A stretch of DNA of 64,000 nucleotides from contig OZ257156.1 in NCBI GenBank assembly GCA_965279375.1, positions 896,001 to 960,000 of the forward strand, in the 5' to 3' direction. The position numbers and the translations under genes were made by a program. Below are positions 47,470 to 57,052 of the stretch, one piece after another; the first letter of the stretch is position 1, and each line of letters starts with the position of its first letter. Under the pieces are notes generated by a model. It ran no database searches. It saw only the letters and a program-made list of their open reading frames with translations, and was not told the DNA's origin. Source of the DNA: Gemmatimonas sp. (GTDB lineage Bacteria; Gemmatimonadota; Gemmatimonadetes; Gemmatimonadales; Gemmatimonadaceae).

Positions 47470-48126
47470 ATGATGAACGCAACCTCTCGCCGATCGTACA
47501 CCCGATCAGACACGCGATCGCTTTCACCGTCGCTTGGTGTGCCGGTGCTGCGAACCTCCGCGATGCTGGTCGCGCTACTGCTGATGCTCCCCGCACCAGT
47601 CGCCGGGCAGTCACGTCCCGTGACGCGTGCCGCGGCGAGTGGCGGTGCTGGTGGCGGCGCGTGGTCATTGCCGGAGCCCGCCGTGCTCGTCGAGCGCGTG
47701 CTCGCGCGCATCGTGTCGCAGGACAAGCCCGGCGGCGTGCCCATGAACAGCTACGCACAGCGCTTTGTCGGGCGCGATGAAACCATCGATGCCGTGCGCC
47801 GCTTCGCCGGCCGCTCCATCGATCTGCCGCCGTCGGCATTCTCTGCAGTGTCCGGCTGGACCGACGCGCGCATGGTCGCGTTTCCCAAGTGCGCCGCCGC
47901 GCAGTGTCCGCCGACAGACAACGCCGTGTGGCTGGCCGTCACCCGCATCGATCGCGGCGACTTGCCGCACGAAGTGAACGTCTGGTACACCACCAACTTC
48001 GTGGCCTATACCGAAGCTGGTGTGCAGAAAAGCGCCTACGCGTTTTGCGAGCGCTGGCTGCGCGTTGGTGGCGTCTGGCGCTACGACGGATTCATTCGCG
48101 TCAACAGCGTCGGCGTGCCGGGCTGA
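47470..48126 (+). CDS. Hypothetical secreted protein
   Basis: AGGAG RBS, signal-like segment, high-GC codon pattern. Confidence 0.6.
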   Translation: MMNATSRRSYTRSDTRSLSPSLGVPVLRTSAMLVALLLMLPAPVAGQSRPVTRAAASGGAGGGAWSLPEPAVLVERVLARIVSQDKPGGVPMNSYAQRFVGRDETIDAVRRFAGRSIDLPPSAFSAVSGWTDARMVAFPKCAAAQCPPTDNAVWLAVTRIDRGDLPHEVNVWYTTNFVAYTEAGVQKSAYAFCERWLRVGGVWRYDGFIRVNSVGVPG

Positions 48127-49454
48127 GTGCCCGCGGTGAGCTCGATGGGTGATTCGAGCTTCGCCTGTGACTGCTGCATCGCCGCCTGACGCCGCCCCAG
48201 CCAGATCGCGACGATCAACCAGATCGCCGACATCGGCGCGGCGATGAACGAAATGACGTTGAGGCCAAGACCCATCGCCGCCATCCAGGCGTAGCTCCAC
48301 GCCCCGATCTGATCGCCGCTGCGATACATGAACGTGTCGATGAAGTTCTTCGCCTTGTACTTGTCTTCCGGCGACACCACGGTGAAGAGCACTTCGCGCC
48401 CCGGGCTCGAGAAGGCGTAGTTCCCCGCGCGCCGCAGCACGTTGAATACCACGAACAGCCCGACGGTGGGCATGAAGCCAAGCGCCGTGAAGCCGACGAC
48501 GCTCATCACCGGCAAGATGGCCAGCGTGACCGCGACGCCCAGCCACTTGATGATGCGCCCCGTGAAGAACAGCTGCGTGACCACGGTCAGCGTCTGCACG
48601 GTGAAGTCGATCTGCGCGAGAAACGCCGTGCGCGCGCCACGATCCGCAAAGCGCGCCTTCACGATCTCGGCTTGCTGGAAGTACAGCACCGTCGTGCCGA
48701 TCGTGAAGAGCATCATGAACAGGCAGATACCCAGCAGATACGGCGACTTGAGCACATGCGTGATGAACGCGAGGTTGGTGCCGCCGATCGGACGCTTGGC
48801 GTCCTCACGCTCGCGTGTATCCGCGCGAAAGCTCGACGGGAACCGGCGCGTGCACTGCACGGCCAGCTCGATCATGCCGACCGACAGCAGCATCAGTACC
48901 GATGTGCCAACGCGCGTGGCGAGAAAGGCGGTGATCGCCGATCCGGCCATCGCCCCTACGGTGCCACCCACACTGATGAATCCGTAGAGCCGCTTGGACT
49001 GCTCGCTGCGGAAGGTGTCGGACATGAAGCCCCAGAACACCGACACCACGAACAGGTTGAAGACGCTCGTCCAGACGAAGAAAATGGACGTGATGATCTT
49101 TTCGCTGCTCGGCGGCAGCCACGTGAGCGCCGCCGCAAACGCAATCAGACACGCCGCGAAGCAGCGATAGACGATCGGAATGAAACGCCGCACCGGCACA
49201 CGCGTGACGAGCCCGGAGAACAACGGCTGCAACGCAAGCGTGGAAATCAGCGTGCCGCTGAAGAGCCACGGCAGATTCGACACGCCGGCCTGCACACCCA
49301 ACGCATCGCGTATCGAGCGCAGAATGAAGTAGCCGGCGAGCAGGAAGAAGAAGTACAGAAACGCCAGAAACGTGGCGCGCATCTCCTCCGGCTCGATCGT
49401 CACCAACCGACCGAGCAGTGAGGCCGTCCTGCCACGTTGCGTCGCAGCTGACAT
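48081..49454 (-). CDS. MFS transporter of the NTP/NDP exchange (TLC/Npt-like) family
   Basis: About 12 TM helices; YFILRSIRD, SVFWGFMSD, KRLYGFI, EDKYKAKNFIDT. Confidence 0.85.
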   Translation of the reverse strand: MSAATQRGRTASLLGRLVTIEPEEMRATFLAFLYFFFLLAGYFILRSIRDALGVQAGVSNLPWLFSGTLISTLALQPLFSGLVTRVPVRRFIPIVYRCFAACLIAFAAALTWLPPSSEKIITSIFFVWTSVFNLFVVSVFWGFMSDTFRSEQSKRLYGFISVGGTVGAMAGSAITAFLATRVGTSVLMLLSVGMIELAVQCTRRFPSSFRADTREREDAKRPIGGTNLAFITHVLKSPYLLGICLFMMLFTIGTTVLYFQQAEIVKARFADRGARTAFLAQIDFTVQTLTVVTQLFFTGRIIKWLGVAVTLAILPVMSVVGFTALGFMPTVGLFVVFNVLRRAGNYAFSSPGREVLFTVVSPEDKYKAKNFIDTFMYRSGDQIGAWSYAWMAAMGLGLNVISFIAAPMSAIWLIVAIWLGRRQAAMQQSQAKLESPIELTAGTQPGTPTLLTRMNPS

Positions 49455-50551
49455 CAGCGCCCGATCTTGGCGTGCCACGCGAGCAGCGTTTCCTTCTCCT
49501 TCTCGGGCGGCAATCCAGCCTTGAGTGTCGCCTGTCGTTCCGGCGTTTGCGCGTGGTAGTACGTCAGCGTTTCGCGTGCCGTATCTGCCAGTGGTCGGAA
49601 GGTCAGGCCGGCCGCCACCGCCTTGCTGATGTCCATGCGCGCCCAGCCAGCGCTGTCACCACGCGGCGGCATCCACACGGGAAGCTCCGCGTACGGACGC
49701 AGCTTCCGCTCCAACACGAAGTCCGCGTCCACCCAGGTGAAGGTGGCCGTACTCGACGTGACGGCTTTGCACCCATAGAGCATCTGCGCGACGGTCAGGC
49801 CGTAGCGTGGCCCCACCGCGTTGTACGTGCCGTTCGCTCCGTTCTCCACCAACCGCACCATCCACTCGGTCAGATCGCGCGCATCGATGAACGCGACGGG
49901 ATCATCCGGCGTACCGGGCGCGAGCACTTCTCCGCCCTGCTCGATGCGCACCGGCCAGTACGAAAACCGATCGGTCAGGTCACCAGGCCCCACGATGAGC
50001 CCCGGCCGCACGATCAGCGCCTTGCTGCCGAACGCATCCCGCGCTTCCTGCTCGCAGCGCACCTTGAGCTGTCCGTATGTGGCCGTCGGCCGCGCCGGAT
50101 CGGCCGGCGTGAAGCCTGCCGGCACGGCATCGTACGGCGCCGGATCGTTGAGGATGCCGGTGTTCTCCGTGATGCCGATCGCGGCGCGGGACTTGTACGT
50201 GGAGAGCGTGCTCACGAACACGTACTTGTCCGTGCTGTTCTTGAGCGCCGCACCCGCTTCACGCACCCAGCGCGGGATCTGCGTGGGATTATCGAGCACC
50301 ACATCCCACGTGCGTCCCTTGAGCGACGCGTAGCCATCGGGCGCGTTGCGATCGCCGATCAGCTTCTCGACACCGGGAAACAATCCCGGATTGGTCTGGC
50401 CGCGATTGAACAGCGTGACCTTGTGACCGCGCGACAGCGCGTACTGCACCTGATGCGGTCCGATGAATCCGGTGCCGCCAAGAATCAGAATGCGCAGCGG
50501 CTTGGGCTGCTGCGACGCTTGCTGCATTGCAGCGTTGGTCGGCTCGCTCAC
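49454..50551 (-). CDS. NAD-dependent epimerase/dehydratase (extended SDR), paralog 2
   Basis: ILILGGTGFIG, YGQLK, VRPGLIVGPGD; GTG start overlapping the upstream TGA. Confidence 0.9.
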   Translation of the reverse strand: MSEPTNAAMQQASQQPKPLRILILGGTGFIGPHQVQYALSRGHKVTLFNRGQTNPGLFPGVEKLIGDRNAPDGYASLKGRTWDVVLDNPTQIPRWVREAGAALKNSTDKYVFVSTLSTYKSRAAIGITENTGILNDPAPYDAVPAGFTPADPARPTATYGQLKVRCEQEARDAFGSKALIVRPGLIVGPGDLTDRFSYWPVRIEQGGEVLAPGTPDDPVAFIDARDLTEWMVRLVENGANGTYNAVGPRYGLTVAQMLYGCKAVTSSTATFTWVDADFVLERKLRPYAELPVWMPPRGDSAGWARMDISKAVAAGLTFRPLADTARETLTYYHAQTPERQATLKAGLPPEKEKETLLAWHAKIGR

Positions 50552-51708
50552 TTGGCCCCCTGCTTCGCATGCCACGCCGCCAGCACCGCGACTTCCTTTT
50601 CCGGCGCGATGCCGGCACGCGCCTTCTCCTGCTCGGCGGCCGGTCGGCTGTGATACCACGTCAGCGTGTCCTTCGCGGTATCCGCCAAGGGACGGAACGT
50701 CAGCCCCGCGTTCCACGCCTTGGTGCAGTCCACACGCATGAACGCATACGTCGGTCCGATCGGCGGAATCCACACGGGCATCTCACTCCACGGTCGCACC
50801 TTCTGCTCAGTCAGGAAATCCGCTGCCACCCACGTGAATCGCGCATCGCTCGTGGTCACGGCCTTGATGCCGTACAACATCTCGGAGATCGTCGTGGGCG
50901 TCTTGGGGCCGGTCGCGTTGAACGTGCCCATCGTGCGTGACTCAGCGAGACGCACAATCCACGAGCAGAGATCCTGCGCGTCGACATACTGCGCGGGATC
51001 GTCGGGCGTACCGGGGGCGAGAATCTCGCCGCCCTTGTCGATACGCACGGGCCAGTACGAAAAGCGATCGCTCAGATCACCGGGGCCAACGATCAGCCCG
51101 GGACGCACGATGGTGAGGTTGCTGCCGAACTGCGTCTTCGCTTCCTGTTCACATCGCACCTTGTTGCTGCCGTACTTCGCCGCATCGAATGGCGCATCGA
51201 TATCGCTGGGCGGATTGAGCGGACCGTTCTCGTCCATCGGCTTGGAGGTATCGCCGAACACCGAGATGGTGGAGACGAAGATGTAGTGTTTGGTGCGCCC
51301 CTTGAGCGCCTTGCCCGCATCACGCACCCACTTGGGGTTGGCCGTGGGATTGTCGATCACGACATCCCACTCACCGCTCTCGAGCGCCTTGTGTCCATCG
51401 GGCAGGTTGCGATCGCCGATCAGTCGCGGGACGTCGGGGAAGAGATCCGCATTGGTCTTGCCGCGATTGAAGAGCGTGATCTTGTGGCCACGGTCCAGCG
51501 CGTACTTGACCTGATACGGCCCGATGAAGCCGGTGCCGCCCAGAATCAGAATGCGCAGCGGTGCGACAATCTCCGCGCTCGCGTCAACGCCGTCCGAGGT
51601 GAACGTCGGTGCGGCAGAGGCCTGCGCGAACGAAGGAAGCGCGCCGAGTCCGAGCGCACCGCCAAGCAGCGCAGAGGACTTGAGGAAGGAGCGGCGATCG
51701 AGCGACAT
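50548..51708 (-). CDS. NAD-dependent epimerase/dehydratase (extended SDR), paralog 1, with Tat signal
   Basis: MSLDRRSFLK leader; ILILGGTGFIG, YGSNK, VRPGLIVGPGD. Confidence 0.9.
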   Translation of the reverse strand: MSLDRRSFLKSSALLGGALGLGALPSFAQASAAPTFTSDGVDASAEIVAPLRILILGGTGFIGPYQVKYALDRGHKITLFNRGKTNADLFPDVPRLIGDRNLPDGHKALESGEWDVVIDNPTANPKWVRDAGKALKGRTKHYIFVSTISVFGDTSKPMDENGPLNPPSDIDAPFDAAKYGSNKVRCEQEAKTQFGSNLTIVRPGLIVGPGDLSDRFSYWPVRIDKGGEILAPGTPDDPAQYVDAQDLCSWIVRLAESRTMGTFNATGPKTPTTISEMLYGIKAVTTSDARFTWVAADFLTEQKVRPWSEMPVWIPPIGPTYAFMRVDCTKAWNAGLTFRPLADTAKDTLTWYHSRPAAEQEKARAGIAPEKEVAVLAAWHAKQGAK

Positions 51709-51751
51709 GAGACGACTCCGGCAAAGAAGGAAGGATGCCGACGGCTGGCAC

Positions 51752-53065
51752 CTACTGCATGCGCTTGCGATCGAGTTGCTGAATGGTCTTGGTGGAGGCG
51801 GGCCGTTCCTTGCGCAAACGCGCCGACACGACTTCCGCGCGCGTAAGCGCACGGAGGATGTTCTCGCCAGCCACACCACGGAGCTCGGTGTCAGTCCAGC
51901 CGCGCTTCACCAGTTCGGCGAGCAGGTCGGGATACTTGGAGACATCCTCCAGCCCCACGACGGTTTCCGTGATGCCGTCGTAGTCACCGCCCATGCCGAT
52001 GTGTTCGGCGCCGGCGAGTTTCTTGATGTGATCCATGTGATCAGCCACGTCGGCGATCGTCGCCCGCGGGATCGGGTTGGCCTGCCGCCACGCTGCCGCG
52101 GCCTTGAACTGCGCGTCGTTGTCGTTCGGGAACGCCTTCGTGACGGAATCCCGCACGGCGTTCATTCGCTTCTCGAAGTCGGCCACCTTCTGGCTGGTGA
52201 AGCCGGGCACGAAGGTCATCATCACCACGCCGCCGTTCTTGGGCAAACGCGCGAGAATGCTGTCGGGCACATTGCGCGGCACATCGGTAAGGCCGCGCGC
52301 TGCTGAATGCGAGAAGATGACCGGCGCTTCGGTGACATCGAGGGCGTTGCTCATCACGGCGGGTGACACGTGCGACAGGTCCACCAGCATGCCGAGCCGA
52401 TTCATCTCGCGCACGACTTCCTTGCCGAACGGCGTGAGGCCGTTGTGCTTGGGTACGTCGTTGGCGGCGTCGGCCCAGTCGAGGGTGACGTTGTGCGTGA
52501 GCGTCATGTAGCGCGCGCCGAGATCGTAGTAGGCGCGCAGCGCGCCGAGCGAGTTCTCGATGGCGTGTCCGCCTTCCATGCCGAGCAGCGAGCCGATCTT
52601 TCCTGTCTTCTGTGCCTTGCGCACATCAGCCGCCGTCAGCGCCCACTGCAGGTCTTTCGGATAGCGCGAGATCACACGGCGCGCGATATCGATCTGCTCG
52701 AGCTGAATACGTGCGTAGCCCGAGTCGCGCACTTCACCGGGGATGTAGACCGACCAGAACTGTCCGCCGACCATGCCTTTGCGCAAACGGGCGATGTCGG
52801 TCATGCCCTTCGTGGGCTTGTTGAGATCGTACGCGTCCACGTCGAGCGGCGCGTTGGCGAACTCGCGCATCGCCCACGGGAGGTCGTTGTGTGAATCGAC
52901 GAGCGGCGTGGTCTTGAGCAGCGACTTCACGTGCGCGAGGCGTGTGGCGAAGTCGGCGTTGCGGAGCGGCTGCGTGCCGGCGGCCTTGTTCTGTGCTCCC
53001 AGCGACGACGCTACACCGAGCGTGAGTGCGCTGGCCAGCAGCGCCGAACGTGCAATGCCCGTCAT
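51752..53065 (-). CDS. Membrane dipeptidase (peptidase M19)
   Basis: DSHND, GQFWSVY, MEGGH, MTLTH, VDLSH, FSHS, GGDYDG. Confidence 0.93.
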   Translation of the reverse strand: MTGIARSALLASALTLGVASSLGAQNKAAGTQPLRNADFATRLAHVKSLLKTTPLVDSHNDLPWAMREFANAPLDVDAYDLNKPTKGMTDIARLRKGMVGGQFWSVYIPGEVRDSGYARIQLEQIDIARRVISRYPKDLQWALTAADVRKAQKTGKIGSLLGMEGGHAIENSLGALRAYYDLGARYMTLTHNVTLDWADAANDVPKHNGLTPFGKEVVREMNRLGMLVDLSHVSPAVMSNALDVTEAPVIFSHSAARGLTDVPRNVPDSILARLPKNGGVVMMTFVPGFTSQKVADFEKRMNAVRDSVTKAFPNDNDAQFKAAAAWRQANPIPRATIADVADHMDHIKKLAGAEHIGMGGDYDGITETVVGLEDVSKYPDLLAELVKRGWTDTELRGVAGENILRALTRAEVVSARLRKERPASTKTIQQLDRKRMQ

Positions 53066-53823
53066 AGTCCGATCCGTTCGATGTAGTGTGGCAGCATCTT
53101 GCGCCACCACGGCCAGTCGTGATTCACGTCGTGTCCCCACAGATCGAAGATGTGTGGGATGTGCTGGCGATCGAGGACGTCATGGAACGAGCGCGTGGCA
53201 TCTGGCGCCTCGTACGCGCCCTGTCCGGCCACCAACGCGATGCGACTGTCGTGACGCAGCTGCTCCAACGCGCCGCCGCCCATGTTGGGCACGTACCAGG
53301 CGGGATTGTTGAAGTAGCAGTTGTCGTCCGAGTAACCCTTGAGGTAGCTGCGATTGAGATCGTAGAAGCCGCTCATGCCGATCACGCCGCCAAAGAGGTC
53401 GGGGCGGCGAAAGAAGGCGTTGGCCGCGTGGAAGCAGCCGAAGCTGGCACCGGTGGTGATCGGTCGCGCGTAGCCCTGCCCATCGACTTGCCGAATGAAC
53501 GGCACGACTTCGTCTTCAATGTACCGCGAGTAGAGCGCCTGACGCCGTCCCTGCTCGGGCACGGGCAGCGTGCGATCCATCCAGGCGAGCTTGTTGATGC
53601 TGTCGATCGAGAAGACGCGAATGCGTCCCGCAATGAGCAGGGGCTCGATCGCCTTGATCAGCCAGAAGCGCTCGTTTTCGAGAAAATCTGCGGCGGCGGT
53701 GGGGAAGAGCAGGATGGGATAACCGCCCCAACCATACGTCACGATCGGCATCTCGAGGCCGAGTGCGGGGCTACGCCAGCGATCGATGCGTCGCGGCAGT
53801 CGGGGATCGACGAATTGGGCCAT
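53062..53823 (-). CDS. Esterase family alpha/beta hydrolase
   Basis: LLFPT, GASFG nucleophile elbow, WGHDVNHDWPWW. Confidence 0.85.
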   Translation of the reverse strand: MAQFVDPRLPRRIDRWRSPALGLEMPIVTYGWGGYPILLFPTAAADFLENERFWLIKAIEPLLIAGRIRVFSIDSINKLAWMDRTLPVPEQGRRQALYSRYIEDEVVPFIRQVDGQGYARPITTGASFGCFHAANAFFRRPDLFGGVIGMSGFYDLNRSYLKGYSDDNCYFNNPAWYVPNMGGGALEQLRHDSRIALVAGQGAYEAPDATRSFHDVLDRQHIPHIFDLWGHDVNHDWPWWRKMLPHYIERIGL

Positions 53824-53923
53824 GGCTGTAAGGTCGCCGCGCAGACGTGGGCTGGCCAGTGTAGCGCGGTCACGATCGGGGGAGACCGTTGCGCGAGGGT
53901 GACCGGACTGTGGCCTGATCCGT

Positions 53924-54895
53924 GTGGCGCAGCGACGTCGCGGCATGACCCTTCGCCGTCCGGGAGGTGCGCTCCCGGCGCCACCGTCAGGAGGCCGCAT
54001 GCTCGCTCGCGCCAATTCCGGTTTGTTCGCGTCGTTCGAACCAACGCACGATCCTTTGCTCCAGCAGTCCTTGGACGCGACGGTCGATCCACGGCTGGAC
54101 GCGCCGGTCTTCCCGCACCATGCCGACGCGATCCCGCCGGGCACGATCGAGGCGGGCGCGTACGAACTGCGCTTCGCCTGGACCCGGAGCGACCTGCACG
54201 CCGTCCAGGCCCTTCGCTTTCGCGTCTTCAACGAGGAGCTAGGCGAAGGATTGGCCGACTCGCGACAGACTGGGCGCGACGAGGATGCGCGCGATCCGTG
54301 GTTTCATCATCTGATGATCGTGCACCGCACGAGTGGCGCGGTGGTGGGCACGTATCGACTGCAGACGGCCGTGATGGCGGCGACGCGATTCGGCTTCTAC
54401 AGCGCGACGCTCTTCGAGCTGGGCGCGATGCCGGGTGCGGTGCTCAACGGCGCCGTGGAGATCGGCCGAGCCTGTGTGGACCCGCAGCATCGATCGGGGC
54501 GTGTGCTGCGCCTGCTGTGGCGCGGCCTTGCGCGATACCTGCAGTGGAACGAGAAGCGGTACCTTTTTGGCTGCTGTTCGCTGCCCGGCACCGCGCCGGC
54601 CGTCGCGTCGGACGCGTGGCGCGCGCTGCACGCGCGTCGCGCCATGCACGATCGGATTCTCGTGAAGCCGCGGCCACAGGTGAGTGCGCTTGCAGACGAC
54701 GGCCGGCATCGGCCGCTGATCAACGCCGCGGCGCTGACGGCTCCCCTGCCGCCGCTGTTCGATGGCTACCTCGCCCTTGGAGCCAAGGTGTGCGGCGCGC
54801 CGGCCACCGACCGTGAGTTCGGCACGACGGACTTTCTGGTGCTGCTGGACGTGCTCGAGCTGGACCAGCGCACTTACCAGTCGCTGTTTGGCTGA
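53924..54895 (+). CDS. N-acyltransferase, OlsB/FeeM-like GNAT (aminolipid synthesis)
   Basis: LRFRVFNEELGEG, DEDARD, VGTYRL, EIGRACV, LLWRGL, FGCCS, GYLALGAKVCG, DREFGTTD; start could be as late as 53999. Confidence 0.85.
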   Translation: MAQRRRGMTLRRPGGALPAPPSGGRMLARANSGLFASFEPTHDPLLQQSLDATVDPRLDAPVFPHHADAIPPGTIEAGAYELRFAWTRSDLHAVQALRFRVFNEELGEGLADSRQTGRDEDARDPWFHHLMIVHRTSGAVVGTYRLQTAVMAATRFGFYSATLFELGAMPGAVLNGAVEIGRACVDPQHRSGRVLRLLWRGLARYLQWNEKRYLFGCCSLPGTAPAVASDAWRALHARRAMHDRILVKPRPQVSALADDGRHRPLINAAALTAPLPPLFDGYLALGAKVCGAPATDREFGTTDFLVLLDVLELDQRTYQSLFG

Positions 54896-54911
54896 GCCCC
54901 GCACGACCTCG

Positions 54912-55814
54912 ATGCTGCCGATCGACGGGCGACAGCTCGGTCGATTCGTGCTCGTCAGCGCCGTCCTGCTGGGCGGCACGGTGCTGACGTTGGTGGTGTC
55001 ATTCCTGCCTGGAGCGCGCCGACGTCGCGCCTTCGCGGAGCGTGGTGTGTCACTGGTGTCGCGCGGTGTGCTGCGCGCGCTGGACGTGGCCGTGGTGCAG
55101 CGGGGGCCCACGCCGCGCGGTGACGCTTCGATCTCCCTTGCGGGGCCGCGTCGTGCTGCGGTGCCCGGCGCGCTGATTCTGGCCAATCATCTCTCGTGGC
55201 TCGATATCGTCGCGGCGCTGGCGAGCTGGCGATGCACGTTTGTCGCCAAGCGCGAAGTGGGGACGTGGCCGATCATCGGCACGCTGGCGCGCGCGATGGG
55301 GGTGGTGTTCGTGGACCGCACGCGCAAACGCGATCTGCTGCGCTCGATTCCCGCGCTGGAGGAGGCGCTGCGCGCCGGTGAATGCGTGATGCTCTTTCCC
55401 GAAGGCACCACGACGCACGGCACCCACGTGCTGCGCTTTCGATCAGCGCTGGTGGAAGCGGCGGTGCGTGCGGATGCCCCGGTGTTTCCCCTCGCTATCG
55501 GTGGTGGGTTGGAGGCGCGCGACACGCTCGAACGCCCACCGGCAGTGTGTTGGTGCGACGAGGAGACGCTGACATCCAACGTATGGCGGCTCGCGGGTGC
55601 GCGGAGTGCGTTTCTGTCGCTCCATGTCGGCGCACCGGTCGCGGCGCAGGGTGACCGGAAGGCGTGCACACGACGTGCGTTCGACGAAGTCATGCGTCGG
55701 TTCGTGCCCGTGGTCGACGGCGGGCGTATCACCGCGCCACGGACACGTCGGATCCCGCTCGCGTGGGGCGTGCAGACGCCGGTGCCGAGGGCACAGATCG
55801 GGTATCGGGCGTGA
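54912..55814 (+). CDS. Lysolipid acyltransferase (PlsC/OlsA-like)
   Basis: ANHLSWLD, FVAKRE, FVDR, FPEGTT. Confidence 0.88.
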   Translation: MLPIDGRQLGRFVLVSAVLLGGTVLTLVVSFLPGARRRRAFAERGVSLVSRGVLRALDVAVVQRGPTPRGDASISLAGPRRAAVPGALILANHLSWLDIVAALASWRCTFVAKREVGTWPIIGTLARAMGVVFVDRTRKRDLLRSIPALEEALRAGECVMLFPEGTTTHGTHVLRFRSALVEAAVRADAPVFPLAIGGGLEARDTLERPPAVCWCDEETLTSNVWRLAGARSAFLSLHVGAPVAAQGDRKACTRRAFDEVMRRFVPVVDGGRITAPRTRRIPLAWGVQTPVPRAQIGYRA

Positions 55815-57052
55815 GGACACGTCTGCTGCGCAGAGCCGCACAGACGATCGTCTCTTCACTGATTGCCGTCGGCATCGCCCTCCTGGTCGGGGTGTCCGCG
55901 AGCTATGCGTTCACACCGATCGTGCGCTTCCCGGAGCCCACACCGTTCGTCGGCAAGGTCTGGTACAATCCGTATGACGGTCTCGACGGACGCGGCCCCC
56001 AGTGGCGTGTCGCGAATTTTCACGCGCACTCGGCGGCGTGGGGCGGCATGACCAACGGCGCGCAGCCGGCGGACAGCGTCGTGGCGGCGTATCGGAAGCT
56101 CAAGTACGACGTTGTCGGCGTGTCCAACTATCAGGCATCGCCAGAGCACCGGCCGGCCGGCGCATTCCCCGTGTACGAGCACGGCTGGAATCTGCTGAAG
56201 GCGCATCATCTGCTCCTCGGCCCCGAGCGGGTGGTGTGGCGCGACTATCCGTTGATCCAGACACGCAGTCAGCAACAACTCGTGCTTTCCGCACTCTCGC
56301 AGAGCGCATCGATGGTGGCCATCGCGCATCCGTCGTTGCGCGGGGCACATTCGCCGAATGATCTGCGCTACTTGTCTGACTACGACCTGCTGGAAGTGCT
56401 CACGCGATACACGGCGCCGGCAGATGCGGCGTGGGACGCGGCGCTCTCGAGCGGACATCCCGTGTGGATGCTGGCCAGCGACGATTCACACAACAGCGCG
56501 GACTCCACGCAGGTCGGCATCAACGCCACGCGGATCTACAGCAACGACGCAGGCAGCGGGTCGATCATCGGCGCATTGCGCGCGGGACGTTCGTACGGCG
56601 TGCATGGCTCGCGCGGCCGTGGGCGACTGGCGCTGCGCTCGCTCCGTATGCGCGCAGACACGCTGGACGTGCGTATCGATGGAGCGCCCGACACGCTGCG
56701 CGTGATTGGGCAAGAGGGAGTGGTGCGCGCGCAGCTGACCGGTGCGGCCGCCCGTGAAGGCCGACTCACCGTGGTGGCGCACGAGACCGACGGATATTTG
56801 CGCGTAGTTGCGACAGGTAACGACGCGTTGCTGTACTTGAATCCCGTGCTGCGCTGGGATGGGAGAGATCTTCCGAGGCCGATCGCGTTCGTGGATGGCC
56901 CGCGCACTGCGCTCTGGCGATCCGCGTGGATGCTGGCATTTGGTTGGCTGGGCGCGCAGCTGTTTCTCGCGCGTGAGCGCGCACGGGCTCGTCGCTTGCG
57001 ACCGGTTCCGCGCACGGCGGTGGCGAAGCTCGCAGCGGTCTCTGGCGAGTGA
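55811..57052 (+). CDS. Membrane-anchored PHP-family metallophosphoesterase-like protein
   Basis: NFHAHS, AHP, DDSH metal motifs; N- and C-terminal TM segments; GTGA overlap with the upstream stop. Confidence 0.7.
   Translation: MRTRLLRRAAQTIVSSLIAVGIALLVGVSASYAFTPIVRFPEPTPFVGKVWYNPYDGLDGRGPQWRVANFHAHSAAWGGMTNGAQPADSVVAAYRKLKYDVVGVSNYQASPEHRPAGAFPVYEHGWNLLKAHHLLLGPERVVWRDYPLIQTRSQQQLVLSALSQSASMVAIAHPSLRGAHSPNDLRYLSDYDLLEVLTRYTAPADAAWDAALSSGHPVWMLASDDSHNSADSTQVGINATRIYSNDAGSGSIIGALRAGRSYGVHGSRGRGRLALRSLRMRADTLDVRIDGAPDTLRVIGQEGVVRAQLTGAAAREGRLTVVAHETDGYLRVVATGNDALLYLNPVLRWDGRDLPRPIAFVDGPRTALWRSAWMLAFGWLGAQLFLARERARARRLRPVPRTAVAKLAAVSGE

Noticed and set aside
53086..54816. 576-aa plus-strand ORF
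   Set aside because: Overlaps the esterase in antisense and the OlsB-like gene out of frame; no recognisable domain.
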